Assembly: GCA_005887995.1 (NCBI GenBank) | Contig: VBJD01000025.1 | Span: forward strand, 18,386-82,385 | Direction: 5' to 3' | Source of the DNA: Chloroflexota bacterium | GTDB taxonomy: Bacteria; Chloroflexota; Limnocylindria; P2-11E | Length of the DNA: 64,000 bases | Shown: in pieces, positions 19,470-28,795 of the stretch | Layout: the number at the start of each line of letters is the position of its first letter | Numbering within the stretch: the first letter of the stretch is position 1 | Program-made: the position numbers and the translations under genes | Notes under the pieces: generated by a model | The model's input: the letters and a program-made list of their open reading frames with translations, nothing else | The model's database searches: none | What the model was told of the DNA's origin: nothing

Positions 19470-20681
19470 CTAGCGCCAGGTGAACTTTGCGTAGCTGCGC
19501 TTGCCGTATTTCACGATGTACGTGCCGCTGGTCGGGAACTTCGATGACTCGTTCGTTTTCGAACCGTCCACCGAGACGCCGCCCTGCTCGACGAGGCGCC
19601 GCGACTCGCTGCGGCTCTTCTTGAGGCCTTTCATCAACAACTCGACGATGCCGATCTCCTTCGCGCCGTCGGCCTCCAGCGTGACTTCCTCGATGTCCTC
19701 CGGCAGCTGTCCCTCGCTGAACTGCCGCGTGAACGCGGCCGCGGCGATGGCGGCCTTGGCCGGCGAGTGCAGCTCGCTGGTGATCTGCCAGGCGAGCTTC
19801 TCTTTCGCGGCCTTTTTCGCGATCTCCCCGTTCGCGATCGCGGCGTTGATCTGCTTCACCTCGTCCCACGGCAGGTCCGTGGCCCACTCGAAGTAGTGCG
19901 GCATGAGCGCGTCGTCGATGGACATCACCTTCCCGTAGATCTCGTTCGGCTGGTCGGTGAGCCAGATCCCGGTCTTCGGCTTCGACTTGCTCATCTTCTC
20001 GCCATCCAGGCCCTCGAGGAGCGGGACGGTGAAGACCTGCTGCGGCGGCTGGCCGAGCTGGCTCTGGAGCTCGCGCCCCGCGAGGATGTTGAAGAGCTGA
20101 TCGGTGCCGCCCATCTCGACGTCGGCCTGGGTGGCGACGGAGTCGTACGCCTGCAGGAGCGGGTAGAGCAGATCCTTGATCGGGATCGGCGTCTTCTTCT
20201 CCATTCGTTTGCGGAACTCCTCGCGCTGGAGCATCTGCTGCGCGGTGAAGCGGCCGGCGAGATCGATGACGTCTTTGAGTCCGAACTTCCCGAACCACTC
20301 GGACTGGAAGACGATCCGGCTGCCTTCCTTCGGCACGACCATGTGGAACTGCTTCACGTAGGTCTCCGCGTTCTTTAGCACCTGCTCATGCGACATCGTC
20401 GGCCGCGTCTCGTCCTTGTCGGTGGGGTCGCCGATCTGCGTCGTCCAGTCGCCGACGATGAGCACGATCTCGTGACCCCAGTTCGCGAGGGTGCGCAGCT
20501 TCCGCAGCCCGACCGCGTGACCGATGTGCAAGTTCGGCTTCGTGGGATCGAAGCCTTGCTTGATACGAAGCCGACGCTCGCCGGACCGTAACAGCGCGGC
20601 GAACTCCTCGCGCACGATGACGTCGACCATCGCGCGCCCGAGGAATTCGTCCAGCTCCGTCTTGCTGGGTGCCTTGGGCAC
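19470..20681 (-). CDS. tyrS: Tyrosine--tRNA ligase
   Basis: GFDPTKPNLHIGH, YPLLQAYDS, GGTDQLFN, KMSKS and a C-terminal S4 domain. Likely start GTG 20681; the ORF track is over-extended. Confidence 0.97.
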   Translation of the reverse strand: MPKAPSKTELDEFLGRAMVDVIVREEFAALLRSGERRLRIKQGFDPTKPNLHIGHAVGLRKLRTLANWGHEIVLIVGDWTTQIGDPTDKDETRPTMSHEQVLKNAETYVKQFHMVVPKEGSRIVFQSEWFGKFGLKDVIDLAGRFTAQQMLQREEFRKRMEKKTPIPIKDLLYPLLQAYDSVATQADVEMGGTDQLFNILAGRELQSQLGQPPQQVFTVPLLEGLDGEKMSKSKPKTGIWLTDQPNEIYGKVMSIDDALMPHYFEWATDLPWDEVKQINAAIANGEIAKKAAKEKLAWQITSELHSPAKAAIAAAAFTRQFSEGQLPEDIEEVTLEADGAKEIGIVELLMKGLKKSRSESRRLVEQGGVSVDGSKTNESSKFPTSGTYIVKYGKRSYAKFTWR

Positions 20682-20739
20682 GACAACAGGATAGGAAACA
20701 GGGTGGGAATGCGAGCGATCAGCATTTAGCATTCGAGTT

Positions 20740-23208
20740 ATCGCGCGCAGAAGTACGACACGAGACCACGCACTACGGCGGGGTACGTATCGCCAGCTGC
20801 GGCGCCGAAGTGGGGGCGGCGTTCGTGCTCGGCTTGCCGTCCTCCCGTCGATCCTGGCCGCCTTCCTCATCGCGGGCATCGGCCTCGCGACGGTCGGGGC
20901 GGTCGGAGCGCTCGCGTTCTTCGGCGCGGATCTCCCCTCCCCTGAAGACTTTGCGAAGGACCCGCTCGCGCTCACGACGAAGGTCTACGACCGCACCGGC
21001 CAGACGCTCCTCTACCAGTTCGAGGTCGAGCGCCGCGAGATCGTGACGCTCGATCAGGTGCCCCAGGTCATCATCGACGCGACGCTCGGCGCCGAGGACA
21101 AGACGTTCTGGACCAACCCCGGCATCGACGTCTTCGGCATCGTCCGCGCCATCCGCGACGACCTCCTTCATCACACCGTCGTGAGCGGCGCATCCACGAT
21201 CACGCAGCAGCTCGTGAAGCAGCGCATCGTCGGCGACGAGGTGAGCGTCGCGCGCAAGGTGAAGGAGGCGATCCTCGCCGTTCAGGTGACGCGAACGTAC
21301 TCGAAGAAGCAGATCCTCGAGCTCTACCTCAACCAGATCTATTACGGGAATCAGGCGTACGGCATCAAGGCCGCGGCGGAGACGTACTTCGGCAAGAGCG
21401 ATCTCGCGCAGCTCACGCTCTCCGAGGCCGCGCTGCTCGCGGGCATGCCGCAGTCGCCGTCGGCGCTCGATCCCTCGGATCCGGACAACGTCATCAAGGC
21501 CGAGGAGCGCCGCGCCTACGTGCTCGGCGAGATGGTCGACATGGGCGTCATCACCGAGACGCAGGCCGAGGCCGCAGACAAGCAGCCGATCAAAGTCGCG
21601 GGCGTGCAAGTGACGCAGATCAAGGCTCCCCACTTCGTCTTCCAGGTGCGCGACCAGCTGAAGCAGATCCTCGGCAGCGACGCCGCGGTCACACGCGGTG
21701 GCTTCAAGGTCATCACGACGCTCGACATGACGAAGCAGGAGGCCGCCGAGCGCATCGTCCGCGAGCAGGTCGATGATCTGCACGGCAAGAACGTGTGGAA
21801 TGCCGCGCTCGTCTCACTCGACCCGCGCAACGGCGAGATCCTCGCGTACGTCGGGTCCGTCGACTACTACAACCGCGAGGATCCGCGCGTGCAGGGGCAG
21901 TTCGACGTCGCGGGGATCGGGCAGCGACAACCGGGGTCGGCCTTCAAGATGTTCAACTACCTCACCGCGCTGAAGAAGGGCGCGACGCCGGCGACGGTGG
22001 TCGTCGACGCGCGCACCGACTTCACCGGCAGGGCTGACCCAAACAACATGAGCCCGCGCAGCTGCGGGTACTGCCCCGAGAACGCGGACCTGCAGTACCA
22101 CGGCCCGGTGACCATGCGCCAGGCGCTGCGCGAATCACGGAACGTGCCCGCGGTGAAGTTCCTCGCGCAGTACAGCGGCATCGAGGACACGATCAAGACC
22201 GCGCGGGACTTGGGCATAACGACGCCGATCGATCCCGAGCAGACCGGGCTTTCGCTCACGCTCGGCTCGCAGGTCGTGAAACTCGTCGACATGACGAGCG
22301 CCTACGGCGTGCTCGCCAACTACGGTGTGCGCGTCACGCCGACGTACATCCAGCGCGTCGAGGATCCTCGCGGGAAGGTCATCTGGGAGCACAAGGACTA
22401 CGAGCAGAAGCAGGTCGTCGACCGTTCCGTCGCGTGGCTCATGACCGACATCCTCAAGGACATGACCGATCCGGCGAAGGACTTCATCTTCGGGTCGTGG
22501 ACGAACATCGGCCGACCGGCTGCGCTGAAGACGGGCACGACGGACAACCTCCGCGACGTGTACAGCGTCGGCTTCGTGCCTCAGCTCGTGACCGGCATAT
22601 GGATGGGTAATAGCAACAACCTCGAGATGTCCTCACGGGATTTCTCGAGCGCGATGGGACCGGGCGTGTTGTGGCAGACGTACATGAAGGAAGCCATTGC
22701 GGATATGCCGAAGCAGGACTGGGAACGGCCGTCCAACATCGTGACCGTGAACGTCGTGTCGGCGCCGGGCGCGTTCGGCGGCTATGGATCGGGGCTGCTC
22801 CCCTCCTCGCTTTCGCCGTTCTCGATGCCCGAGAACTTCATCAAGGGCACGCAGCCGGCGCGTCAGGACGACTGGTTCGTGACCGGCTGCGCCAAGTCCG
22901 ATGGGACGCGTTCGGTCGCGCTCCAGCTGAAGGAGAGCGCACCCGAGGGCTGGCAGCGCTACACCGACAAGTGGGTCGCCGACGCGAACGCGGGTAAACA
23001 CACGTACGGGCGCTACTCATGGAACGTGATGGGCTCGCAGCCGTGCCCATCGCCATCGCCAACGCCGGCGCCGACGCCGACCGGCCCGACGCTGCGCCCG
23101 GGCCAGACGCCGACGCCGTCCCCGCTCCAGCTCCCGCCCGGATTCACGCTCGCGCCGGGCGTCACGCTGCCGCCCGCGCCGACGCCCCCACCCTCGCGCC
23201 GGCCTTAG
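20740..23208 (+). CDS. Class A penicillin-binding protein (PBP1A family); start non-canonical or uncertain
   Basis: GT51 motifs ([27 protein letters not shown]) and transpeptidase motifs SAFK, SRN, KTGT; Pro/Thr tail. The frame is open back to 20695 and includes a TM anchor. Confidence 0.93.
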   Translation: MARRSTTRDHALRRGTYRQLRRRSGGGVRARLAVLPSILAAFLIAGIGLATVGAVGALAFFGADLPSPEDFAKDPLALTTKVYDRTGQTLLYQFEVERREIVTLDQVPQVIIDATLGAEDKTFWTNPGIDVFGIVRAIRDDLLHHTVVSGASTITQQLVKQRIVGDEVSVARKVKEAILAVQVTRTYSKKQILELYLNQIYYGNQAYGIKAAAETYFGKSDLAQLTLSEAALLAGMPQSPSALDPSDPDNVIKAEERRAYVLGEMVDMGVITETQAEAADKQPIKVAGVQVTQIKAPHFVFQVRDQLKQILGSDAAVTRGGFKVITTLDMTKQEAAERIVREQVDDLHGKNVWNAALVSLDPRNGEILAYVGSVDYYNREDPRVQGQFDVAGIGQRQPGSAFKMFNYLTALKKGATPATVVVDARTDFTGRADPNNMSPRSCGYCPENADLQYHGPVTMRQALRESRNVPAVKFLAQYSGIEDTIKTARDLGITTPIDPEQTGLSLTLGSQVVKLVDMTSAYGVLANYGVRVTPTYIQRVEDPRGKVIWEHKDYEQKQVVDRSVAWLMTDILKDMTDPAKDFIFGSWTNIGRPAALKTGTTDNLRDVYSVGFVPQLVTGIWMGNSNNLEMSSRDFSSAMGPGVLWQTYMKEAIADMPKQDWERPSNIVTVNVVSAPGAFGGYGSGLLPSSLSPFSMPENFIKGTQPARQDDWFVTGCAKSDGTRSVALQLKESAPEGWQRYTDKWVADANAGKHTYGRYSWNVMGSQPCPSPSPTPAPTPTGPTLRPGQTPTPSPLQLPPGFTLAPGVTLPPAPTPPPSRRP

Positions 23209-23218
23209 CCTTCGCCGC

Positions 23219-23671
23219 GTCGGCACACCGAGGCGTCTGACCGCGATCGTTGCCTGCGTCGACGAGCGCGGCCGCGTGCTCCTCGTCAAGCAGCTCGCGG
23301 GTCCGTACGCCGGCGCCTGGCTGCTCCCGGGTGGTGGGGTCGACGACGGCGAGTCCATCGAGGACGCGCTGCGACGTGAGATGCGCGAGGAGACCGGCTG
23401 CGAGCTCACCGAGCTGGAACGCGTCGCGACCTATGAGGTGGACGAGCGCACGCAGGACTTCAAGGCGCTCGTCCATCTCTTTAGGGGCAAAGCCCTCGGC
23501 GAGCCGCGCGCCGAAGCTGGCTCGGCGGTGCGATGGGCGGTCCCATCAGATGCCGGATTCCATGCCGCGCTGCGACGCGAGCTCGCGGATGCGGGGCTGC
23601 GTTCCGAAGACGAGCGCGCGGTCGATCGCGCGATGGCCGCGAGTAACGTCGCGATGCGACGGCTGGGCTGA
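23219..23671 (+). CDS. NUDIX hydrolase; start uncertain
   Basis: Nudix box [23 protein letters not shown]. The first beta strand ([13 protein letters not shown]) lies upstream of the ORF-track GTG 23276. Confidence 0.88.
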   Translation, partial: VGTPRRLTAIVACVDERGRVLLVKQLAGPYAGAWLLPGGGVDDGESIEDALRREMREETGCELTELERVATYEVDERTQDFKALVHLFRGKALGEPRAEAGSAVRWAVPSDAGFHAALRRELADAGLRSEDERAVDRAMAASNVAMRRLG

Positions 23672-23732
23672 CGCTAAACCCGTCGGAGAACTGACACTTT
23701 CGCGCGAGCACGCGGTGCTACCGTCAGCGGCC

Positions 23733-24125
23733 GTGAGGTGGGTGGGTGTCCTTACGGCCGCGCTATGGCTTGCCGGGTGTGAGCCCGTCGCGCTGGCGCA
23801 AGCTGCCGTGTCGATCACGCTCACCCTCGCGGTGTCGCGAGAGCAGGCCGCGTCACTCAGCGCCAGCCTCACGCCATCGCAAGCGAAGCTGCGTCCTGGC
23901 GAAGCGACGACCCTGCAGCTCGAGGTGCGCAACAACAGTCAGACCCCGCGGGCGCTCACGCTCGAACCGCAGGTGGACCCAGCGGACGGCGTGACGGTCA
24001 CGCTTCCGACGGCGATCGTCGTGCGGCAGGGTGTGACGCGCGTGCCCGTGCGGGTCGTGGCGCTGCCGAACGTGATCCCCGGTCGCTACGACATCGAGAT
24101 CCGCATCCGATCGCCCGACGGCTAG
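23733..24125 (+). CDS. Putative lipoprotein with an Ig-like domain
   Basis: MRWVGVLTAALWLAGC lipobox; LRPGEATTLQLEVRNN and PGRYDIEIRI beta-sandwich motifs; TG-n-TACCGT 8 nt before the GTG. Confidence 0.7.
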   Translation: MRWVGVLTAALWLAGCEPVALAQAAVSITLTLAVSREQAASLSASLTPSQAKLRPGEATTLQLEVRNNSQTPRALTLEPQVDPADGVTVTLPTAIVVRQGVTRVPVRVVALPNVIPGRYDIEIRIRSPDG

Positions 24126-24182
24126 GAACACCATCTCGTTTCGCGAACGACGCAGGCATGAGAAAGAGGGGGAGGTCATCAA

Positions 24183-24629
24183 GTGAAGACCAAGATCATT
24201 GCCGCAACCGCCGCACTCCTGCTACTCGGTTCCGCCGCGGCGTACGCGTACGTCGCCGTGACGGCGACCGCGACGCTCACCGTGAACGAGGCGCTGTACA
24301 TCGACGTGGCTCTCGTCGACGTCGGCCTGACCGGGACGCCGACGCGCACCTTCTGCACACTCTCCGCCGACAAAGCCAACGCGACGTGCGCAGCCGACGT
24401 CTATCCCGGCGAGTCCGGACAGGTCGGAATCACGATCAACAACCGGAGCACCGCTGCGCTCACCACGACAGAGACCGCGGTGTCGAGTTCGTCCGACGTC
24501 ACGCTGACCATCAACACACCGACGGCGAGCGTGCCGGGTAACGGGTCGAAGTTCTTCGCCACGTTGTTCGCCGTCTCGCAGAGTGCGAGCCCGGGTCACG
24601 TCACGATCAACCTGTCATTCAGTCGCTGA
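24183..24629 (+). CDS. Secreted beta-rich protein (TasA/camelysin-like candidate)
   Basis: Signal peptide MKTKIIAATAALLLLGSAAAYA; strong SD GGAGGT; YPGESGQVGITINN motif; one Cys pair. Confidence 0.75.
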   Translation: MKTKIIAATAALLLLGSAAAYAYVAVTATATLTVNEALYIDVALVDVGLTGTPTRTFCTLSADKANATCAADVYPGESGQVGITINNRSTAALTTTETAVSSSSDVTLTINTPTASVPGNGSKFFATLFAVSQSASPGHVTINLSFSR

Positions 24630-24643
24630 GGATTGCGCGCCAT

Positions 24644-24673
24644 GGCCGCGACGGCGCAACTGCCGTCGCGGCC
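24644..24673. terminator. Perfect 12-bp hairpin between convergent genes
   Basis: GGCCGCGACGGC-GCAACT-GCCGTCGCGGCC; no U-tract. Confidence 0.6.
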
Positions 24674-24712
24674 TGCGCCGTGTAGCGCCGGTTCGATCGA
24701 GGGAGCGGGCCG

Positions 24713-27061
24713 CTAGAGCCGAACGATCGTCGCCCCGTCGCCGCCTTCGCTCGGTGACGCGGGCACCTGCTCGCGAACGAGCGGGTGCGACGACAGCATC
24801 TCGCGCACGGCAGTGCGCAGTGCTCCGGTGCCCTTCCCGTGCACGATCCGCAGACGATCGATGCCCGCGACGGCGGCGTCGTTGAGATAGCGATCCAGCA
24901 CCGCGAGCGCCTCTTCCGCGCGGGCGCCGCGTAAGTCAAGCTGCAGCGGCACGTCGGTCGCGCTCCCGTGCACCGTCGCTCGCGTCGGACGCGTCGCGAG
25001 CTCCGGCGCCGGCGCTTCGCGAAGGCTCGACGCGGGGACCCGGAGGCGCAGCGCACCGGCGGCGACTTCCGCCATGCCCTTGTCGTCGACCGCGAGGAGG
25101 ACCCCTGGATCGCTCACGCCATCGACGAGCACCGGCGAGCCCACCGCGATGGGGACGCGCGCGGGCGCCGGTGCGGTCCCCGCGGGAACCGCCTCGCGGG
25201 TGCGCTCCGCTTGCGCGAGCGCCTCGCGCGCCTCGTCGACGAGATTCCGTTTCGCGGCCTTGTCGCGCGCCTGCTCGGCGTGCCTGAGTGCGCGGCGAGC
25301 CTGGAGTAGCAGCTCATCGGCCTCCGCGCGCGCGCGACGTAGCGCGCGCTCGGCGTCCTCGCGGACCCTCGCAGCCTCACGCTCGGCGCCGCTCGTCGCG
25401 CGGCGCGCGTCCTCTGCCGCGATGCGCGCCTCGTCGAGCGTGGACGCGAGCTCGGTGCGCTGCCGCTCGGCCTCCCGCAGCGTGCGCTCGAGCGAGCGGT
25501 GCAGCTCGGAGAGATGCGATTCCGCACGGTCGAGCACATCGCGATCGAGGCCGAGACGCGAGGCGATGGCGAACGCGTTCGACGCTCCGGGCAGGCCGAC
25601 GTGCACGCGATAGGTCGGGCGAAGTGTCTCGGGATCGAACTCGACACTCGCGTTGCGGACGTCCGGCGTGTTGAGCGCGAACGCCTTCAGCTCGGGATAG
25701 TGCGTCGTCGCGGCGACGAGCACGCCGCGCTCGAGGAGGGCCTCGAGGACGGCCATCGCGAGCGCCGCGCCCTCGTCCGGGTCGGTTCCCGCGCCGAGCT
25801 CGTCGAGCAGCGCGAGATCGCCGCGCTCGGCATCGGCGAGCGTCGCGACGACGTTGCGAAGGTGGGAGCTGAACGTCGACAGGCTCTGCGCGATCGACTG
25901 CTCGTCGCCGATGTCCGCGAAGACCCGCTTCACCAGCGGCACGCGGCTGCCCTTCTGTGCCGGGATCTGCAGCCCGCACTCGGCCATGAGCACGAGGAGG
26001 CCGATCGTCTTAAGCGTCACGGTCTTGCCGCCGGTGTTCGGACCGGTGATCACGAGCGCGCGGAAGTCCTTGCCGATGCTGACGTCGATCGGTACGACAG
26101 CCGTCCCCTGCGAAACGAGGAGCGGGTGGCGCGCGGCGATGAGGTCGAGCCTCCCCCGATCGTCGAGGACGGGGCGTTCGCACTCGAACGCGTCCGCGAA
26201 GAGCGCTTTCGCCATCGCGAGATCGATGCGCGCGAGCGCGCTCACCACCGCGTCGAGCTCATCGGCGTCCTTCTCGACGCGCCGCGAGAGTTCGTCGAGG
26301 ATGCGCTGGACCTCGGCGCGCTCGGCGAGCTCGGCCTCGCGGAGCGCGTTGTTCGCCTCGAGGATCTCGAGCGGCTCGATGAAGACGGTCGCACCCGACG
26401 CGGATTGGTCGTGGATGATGCCCTTCACGGCGCTGCGCATCTCGGTTCGGACGGGGACGACGTAGCGGCCGCCGCGCTGCGTGACGATCGGCTCCTGTAA
26501 CGCGCGCGCGAGGTCCGCGGACTTGAGCAATCCGTCGAGGCGCTGCTGGAGCCGCGCCTGCGCGGCGCGTAGCTCCGCGCGGAGCGAGCCGAGGCGCGGG
26601 CTCGCGCGGTCGAGGACCTCATACGTGCCGGAGATCGCGTGCTCGATGGCCTCGGCGAGCGCGCGCGGCGGACGAGCGTACTGGGCGAGCGCGGCGAGCG
26701 GTGGATACGGATGAATGTCGGTGAACAACTTCGCCGCGGCGCGGACGGTGTCGGCGATGGCGATGAGCTGCTCGGGATCGAGTGCACCGCCGAGTCGCGC
26801 GCGCCGCAACGCGTCGCGGATGTCGCGCGCGCCGCCGATACCCGCTGAGGGCTGCGCGCGGATGAGTGCCCGCGCCGCTTCCGTCTCGTCCTGCAGCCGC
26901 TCGGCCTCGCGGAGTGTCAACACCGGCGAGATGTGCTGTGCGAGCTCGCGCCCGGGGATGAACGAGGAGCGCTCGGCGAGGAGCGCGCGCACTGCGGGGA
27001 GCTCGAGCGTGTTGAGCGAACGCTCCGTGATCCCGGCGATGTCCGTGGGTCGCACGCTCAT
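24713..27061 (-). CDS. mutS2: Endonuclease MutS2 (RqcU)
   Basis: ITGPNTGGKT, DIGDEQSIAQSLSTFSSH, DELGAGTDPDEG and a C-terminal Smr domain (LDLRG...IVHGKGTGALR); ATG at 27061. Confidence 0.97.
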   Translation of the reverse strand: MSVRPTDIAGITERSLNTLELPAVRALLAERSSFIPGRELAQHISPVLTLREAERLQDETEAARALIRAQPSAGIGGARDIRDALRRARLGGALDPEQLIAIADTVRAAAKLFTDIHPYPPLAALAQYARPPRALAEAIEHAISGTYEVLDRASPRLGSLRAELRAAQARLQQRLDGLLKSADLARALQEPIVTQRGGRYVVPVRTEMRSAVKGIIHDQSASGATVFIEPLEILEANNALREAELAERAEVQRILDELSRRVEKDADELDAVVSALARIDLAMAKALFADAFECERPVLDDRGRLDLIAARHPLLVSQGTAVVPIDVSIGKDFRALVITGPNTGGKTVTLKTIGLLVLMAECGLQIPAQKGSRVPLVKRVFADIGDEQSIAQSLSTFSSHLRNVVATLADAERGDLALLDELGAGTDPDEGAALAMAVLEALLERGVLVAATTHYPELKAFALNTPDVRNASVEFDPETLRPTYRVHVGLPGASNAFAIASRLGLDRDVLDRAESHLSELHRSLERTLREAERQRTELASTLDEARIAAEDARRATSGAEREAARVREDAERALRRARAEADELLLQARRALRHAEQARDKAAKRNLVDEAREALAQAERTREAVPAGTAPAPARVPIAVGSPVLVDGVSDPGVLLAVDDKGMAEVAAGALRLRVPASSLREAPAPELATRPTRATVHGSATDVPLQLDLRGARAEEALAVLDRYLNDAAVAGIDRLRIVHGKGTGALRTAVREMLSSHPLVREQVPASPSEGGDGATIVRL

Positions 27062-27642
27062 CGCGTCACGCCCCGCGAGCCACGTACCGCGAAGCGCCAC
27101 GGCTTCTCAGAGGTCAGGCTCTGGGTGATGCCGACGCGCGCGCTCCGCACGACGTCGCGCGACGCGACCGGCGCGCCCTCACGCAGGTGCAGCTGCGAGC
27201 GCACGAGGTCCCAGCCGGTGTGGGCGATCGTGAGACCGAACCAGCGCGCGAGGCGGCCGGGCCCCGCGAGTCCGCGCGAGTCATCCGCGCGCGCTTCCCC
27301 CGCCCCGACGCCTCCAAGCGGCTCCGCACCGCGCAGGAGCACCGCGCCGGCGACGCCGGGCAGATGCGCGACGACGTTCATGCAGTGATGGTTGCCGTAG
27401 ATGAAGTACACGTATGCGACCCCGGGCCTCCCGAACATGACGGTCGTGCGCGGCGTCGGGCCGCGATGCGCGTGCGAGGCGGGATCGAGCTCACCGAGAT
27501 AGGCCTCGACCTCGACGAGCCGCGCGGCACGGCGGCCGTGCGGGCCATCGTAGACGAGCACCCTTCCGAGAAGATCGCGCGCCACCGTGATCGTGGAGCG
27601 CGCGTAGAAGGAGCGAGGCAAGCGTCGACCCAGTCGGAGCAC
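27058..27642 (-). CDS. mpg: DNA-3-methyladenine glycosylase (MPG/AAG)
   Basis: VARDLLG, VEVEAYLG..DPASH, YVYFIYGNHHCMNVV, AVLLRGAEP and GPGRL motifs. Confidence 0.95.
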   Translation of the reverse strand: MLRLGRRLPRSFYARSTITVARDLLGRVLVYDGPHGRRAARLVEVEAYLGELDPASHAHRGPTPRTTVMFGRPGVAYVYFIYGNHHCMNVVAHLPGVAGAVLLRGAEPLGGVGAGEARADDSRGLAGPGRLARWFGLTIAHTGWDLVRSQLHLREGAPVASRDVVRSARVGITQSLTSEKPWRFAVRGSRGVTR

Positions 27643-27697
27643 AGAGTGAGGCTAGGCGGAGCGAGCGTCGCGGCGTAGCCCGCCCGCGCGCTAGGAA

Positions 27698-27830
27698 GCG
27701 CGACGCGCGAGGTGGCAGGCCGCGACGAGCGTTTGCGCACAGGCGGCCCGGGCTCGGCTCGCGCAGGTCACGACTACGAGGCCGCCGTAGCCAACAGCGA
27801 GGAGCGGCCTGACACTGAGAAGCGTCGCGC
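27698..27830 (+). repeat. Structured intergenic cassette, copy B
   Basis: Homologous to the reverse complement of 7618-7737; nested inverted repeats GCGCGACGC/GCGTCGCGC and GTGGCAGGCCGC/GCGGCCTGACAC. Confidence 0.8.
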
Positions 27831-27865
27831 GACGAGCGCGGTCGGCGGCCGCGCGACGAGTCGAG

Positions 27866-28795
27866 CTAGATCTTCCGCCGCGGGTCGAGCGCGTCGCGGA
27901 GGCCATCGCCGACGAAGTTGATCGACAGCACGATGACGAAGATGCAGAGCCCTGGGAAGATCACCCAGTGCGGTGCGATGTCGATGAAGTTGCCGGCGTC
28001 GAAGAGGAGCCGGCCCCAGGTCGGGACGTCCGACGGGAAGCCGAGGCCGAGGAACGAGAGTGTCGACTCGGTGAGGATCGCGCCACCCACGCCGATCGTC
28101 GCGGCGACGAGCACCGGCGACAGCGAGTTCGGGAGGATGTGGCGGAAGATGATGCGTCCGTCACCGTCGCCGACGCACCGCGCGGCCTCGACGAACTCCT
28201 TCTGCTTGAGCGAGAGGAAGGATGCGCGCACGAGGCGCGCGACAGGCATCCAGTTCAGGATGCCGATGACGAACACGATCATGAGGAAGATGCCGAGCTC
28301 CGGTCCGAAGATCGCCTTCAGCGTCTCGCGGAACAGGTAGACGAGGACGAGGAGCAGCGGGAGCACGGGAAGCGAGAGGAAGAGGTCGGTGATGCGCATC
28401 AGCGGGTTGTCGAGCTTGCCGAAGTAGCCCGCGATCGCGCCGACGGTCGTGCCGAGCGTGATCGCGATGAAGACTGCGGTGAGGCCGACGGCGATCGAGA
28501 TGCGACCACCGTTCAGGACGCGGCCGAGCAGGTCCCGACCGAGGTCGTCGGTGCCCATGAGGTGCTCGGGCGACGGTCCTTCGAGCGAGCGTGCGAAGTC
28601 GATCAGCTGCGTGCCCGTGTAGAGGTACGGGCCGATGATCACCGCGAGGACGAGGAAGGCGAGGACGAACAGTCCCATCATGGCGAGCCTGTCGCGCGTG
28701 AACGTGTACCAGGCGTCGCCCCACAGCGAGCGGGCCGGCCGCACGCGCTCCGGCGTCGCGACGGTCGTCGTGACGCGCTGGGTGGTCGTCGCCAC
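27866..28795 (-). CDS. oppC: Peptide/nickel ABC transporter permease (OppC/DppC)
   Basis: HLMGTDDLGRD, EFVEAAR..G, RHILPN, LSFLGLG and GDGLRDALDPR motifs. Confidence 0.93.
   Translation of the reverse strand: MATTTQRVTTTVATPERVRPARSLWGDAWYTFTRDRLAMMGLFVLAFLVLAVIIGPYLYTGTQLIDFARSLEGPSPEHLMGTDDLGRDLLGRVLNGGRISIAVGLTAVFIAITLGTTVGAIAGYFGKLDNPLMRITDLFLSLPVLPLLLVLVYLFRETLKAIFGPELGIFLMIVFVIGILNWMPVARLVRASFLSLKQKEFVEAARCVGDGDGRIIFRHILPNSLSPVLVAATIGVGGAILTESTLSFLGLGFPSDVPTWGRLLFDAGNFIDIAPHWVIFPGLCIFVIVLSINFVGDGLRDALDPRRKI

Noticed and set aside
23040..23205. Tandem CCGACG/ACGCCG repeats here and at about 45560-46160 and 47160-47210 as VNTR or CRISPR
   Set aside because: They encode Pro/Thr linkers; there is no constant repeat with unique spacers and no cas gene.
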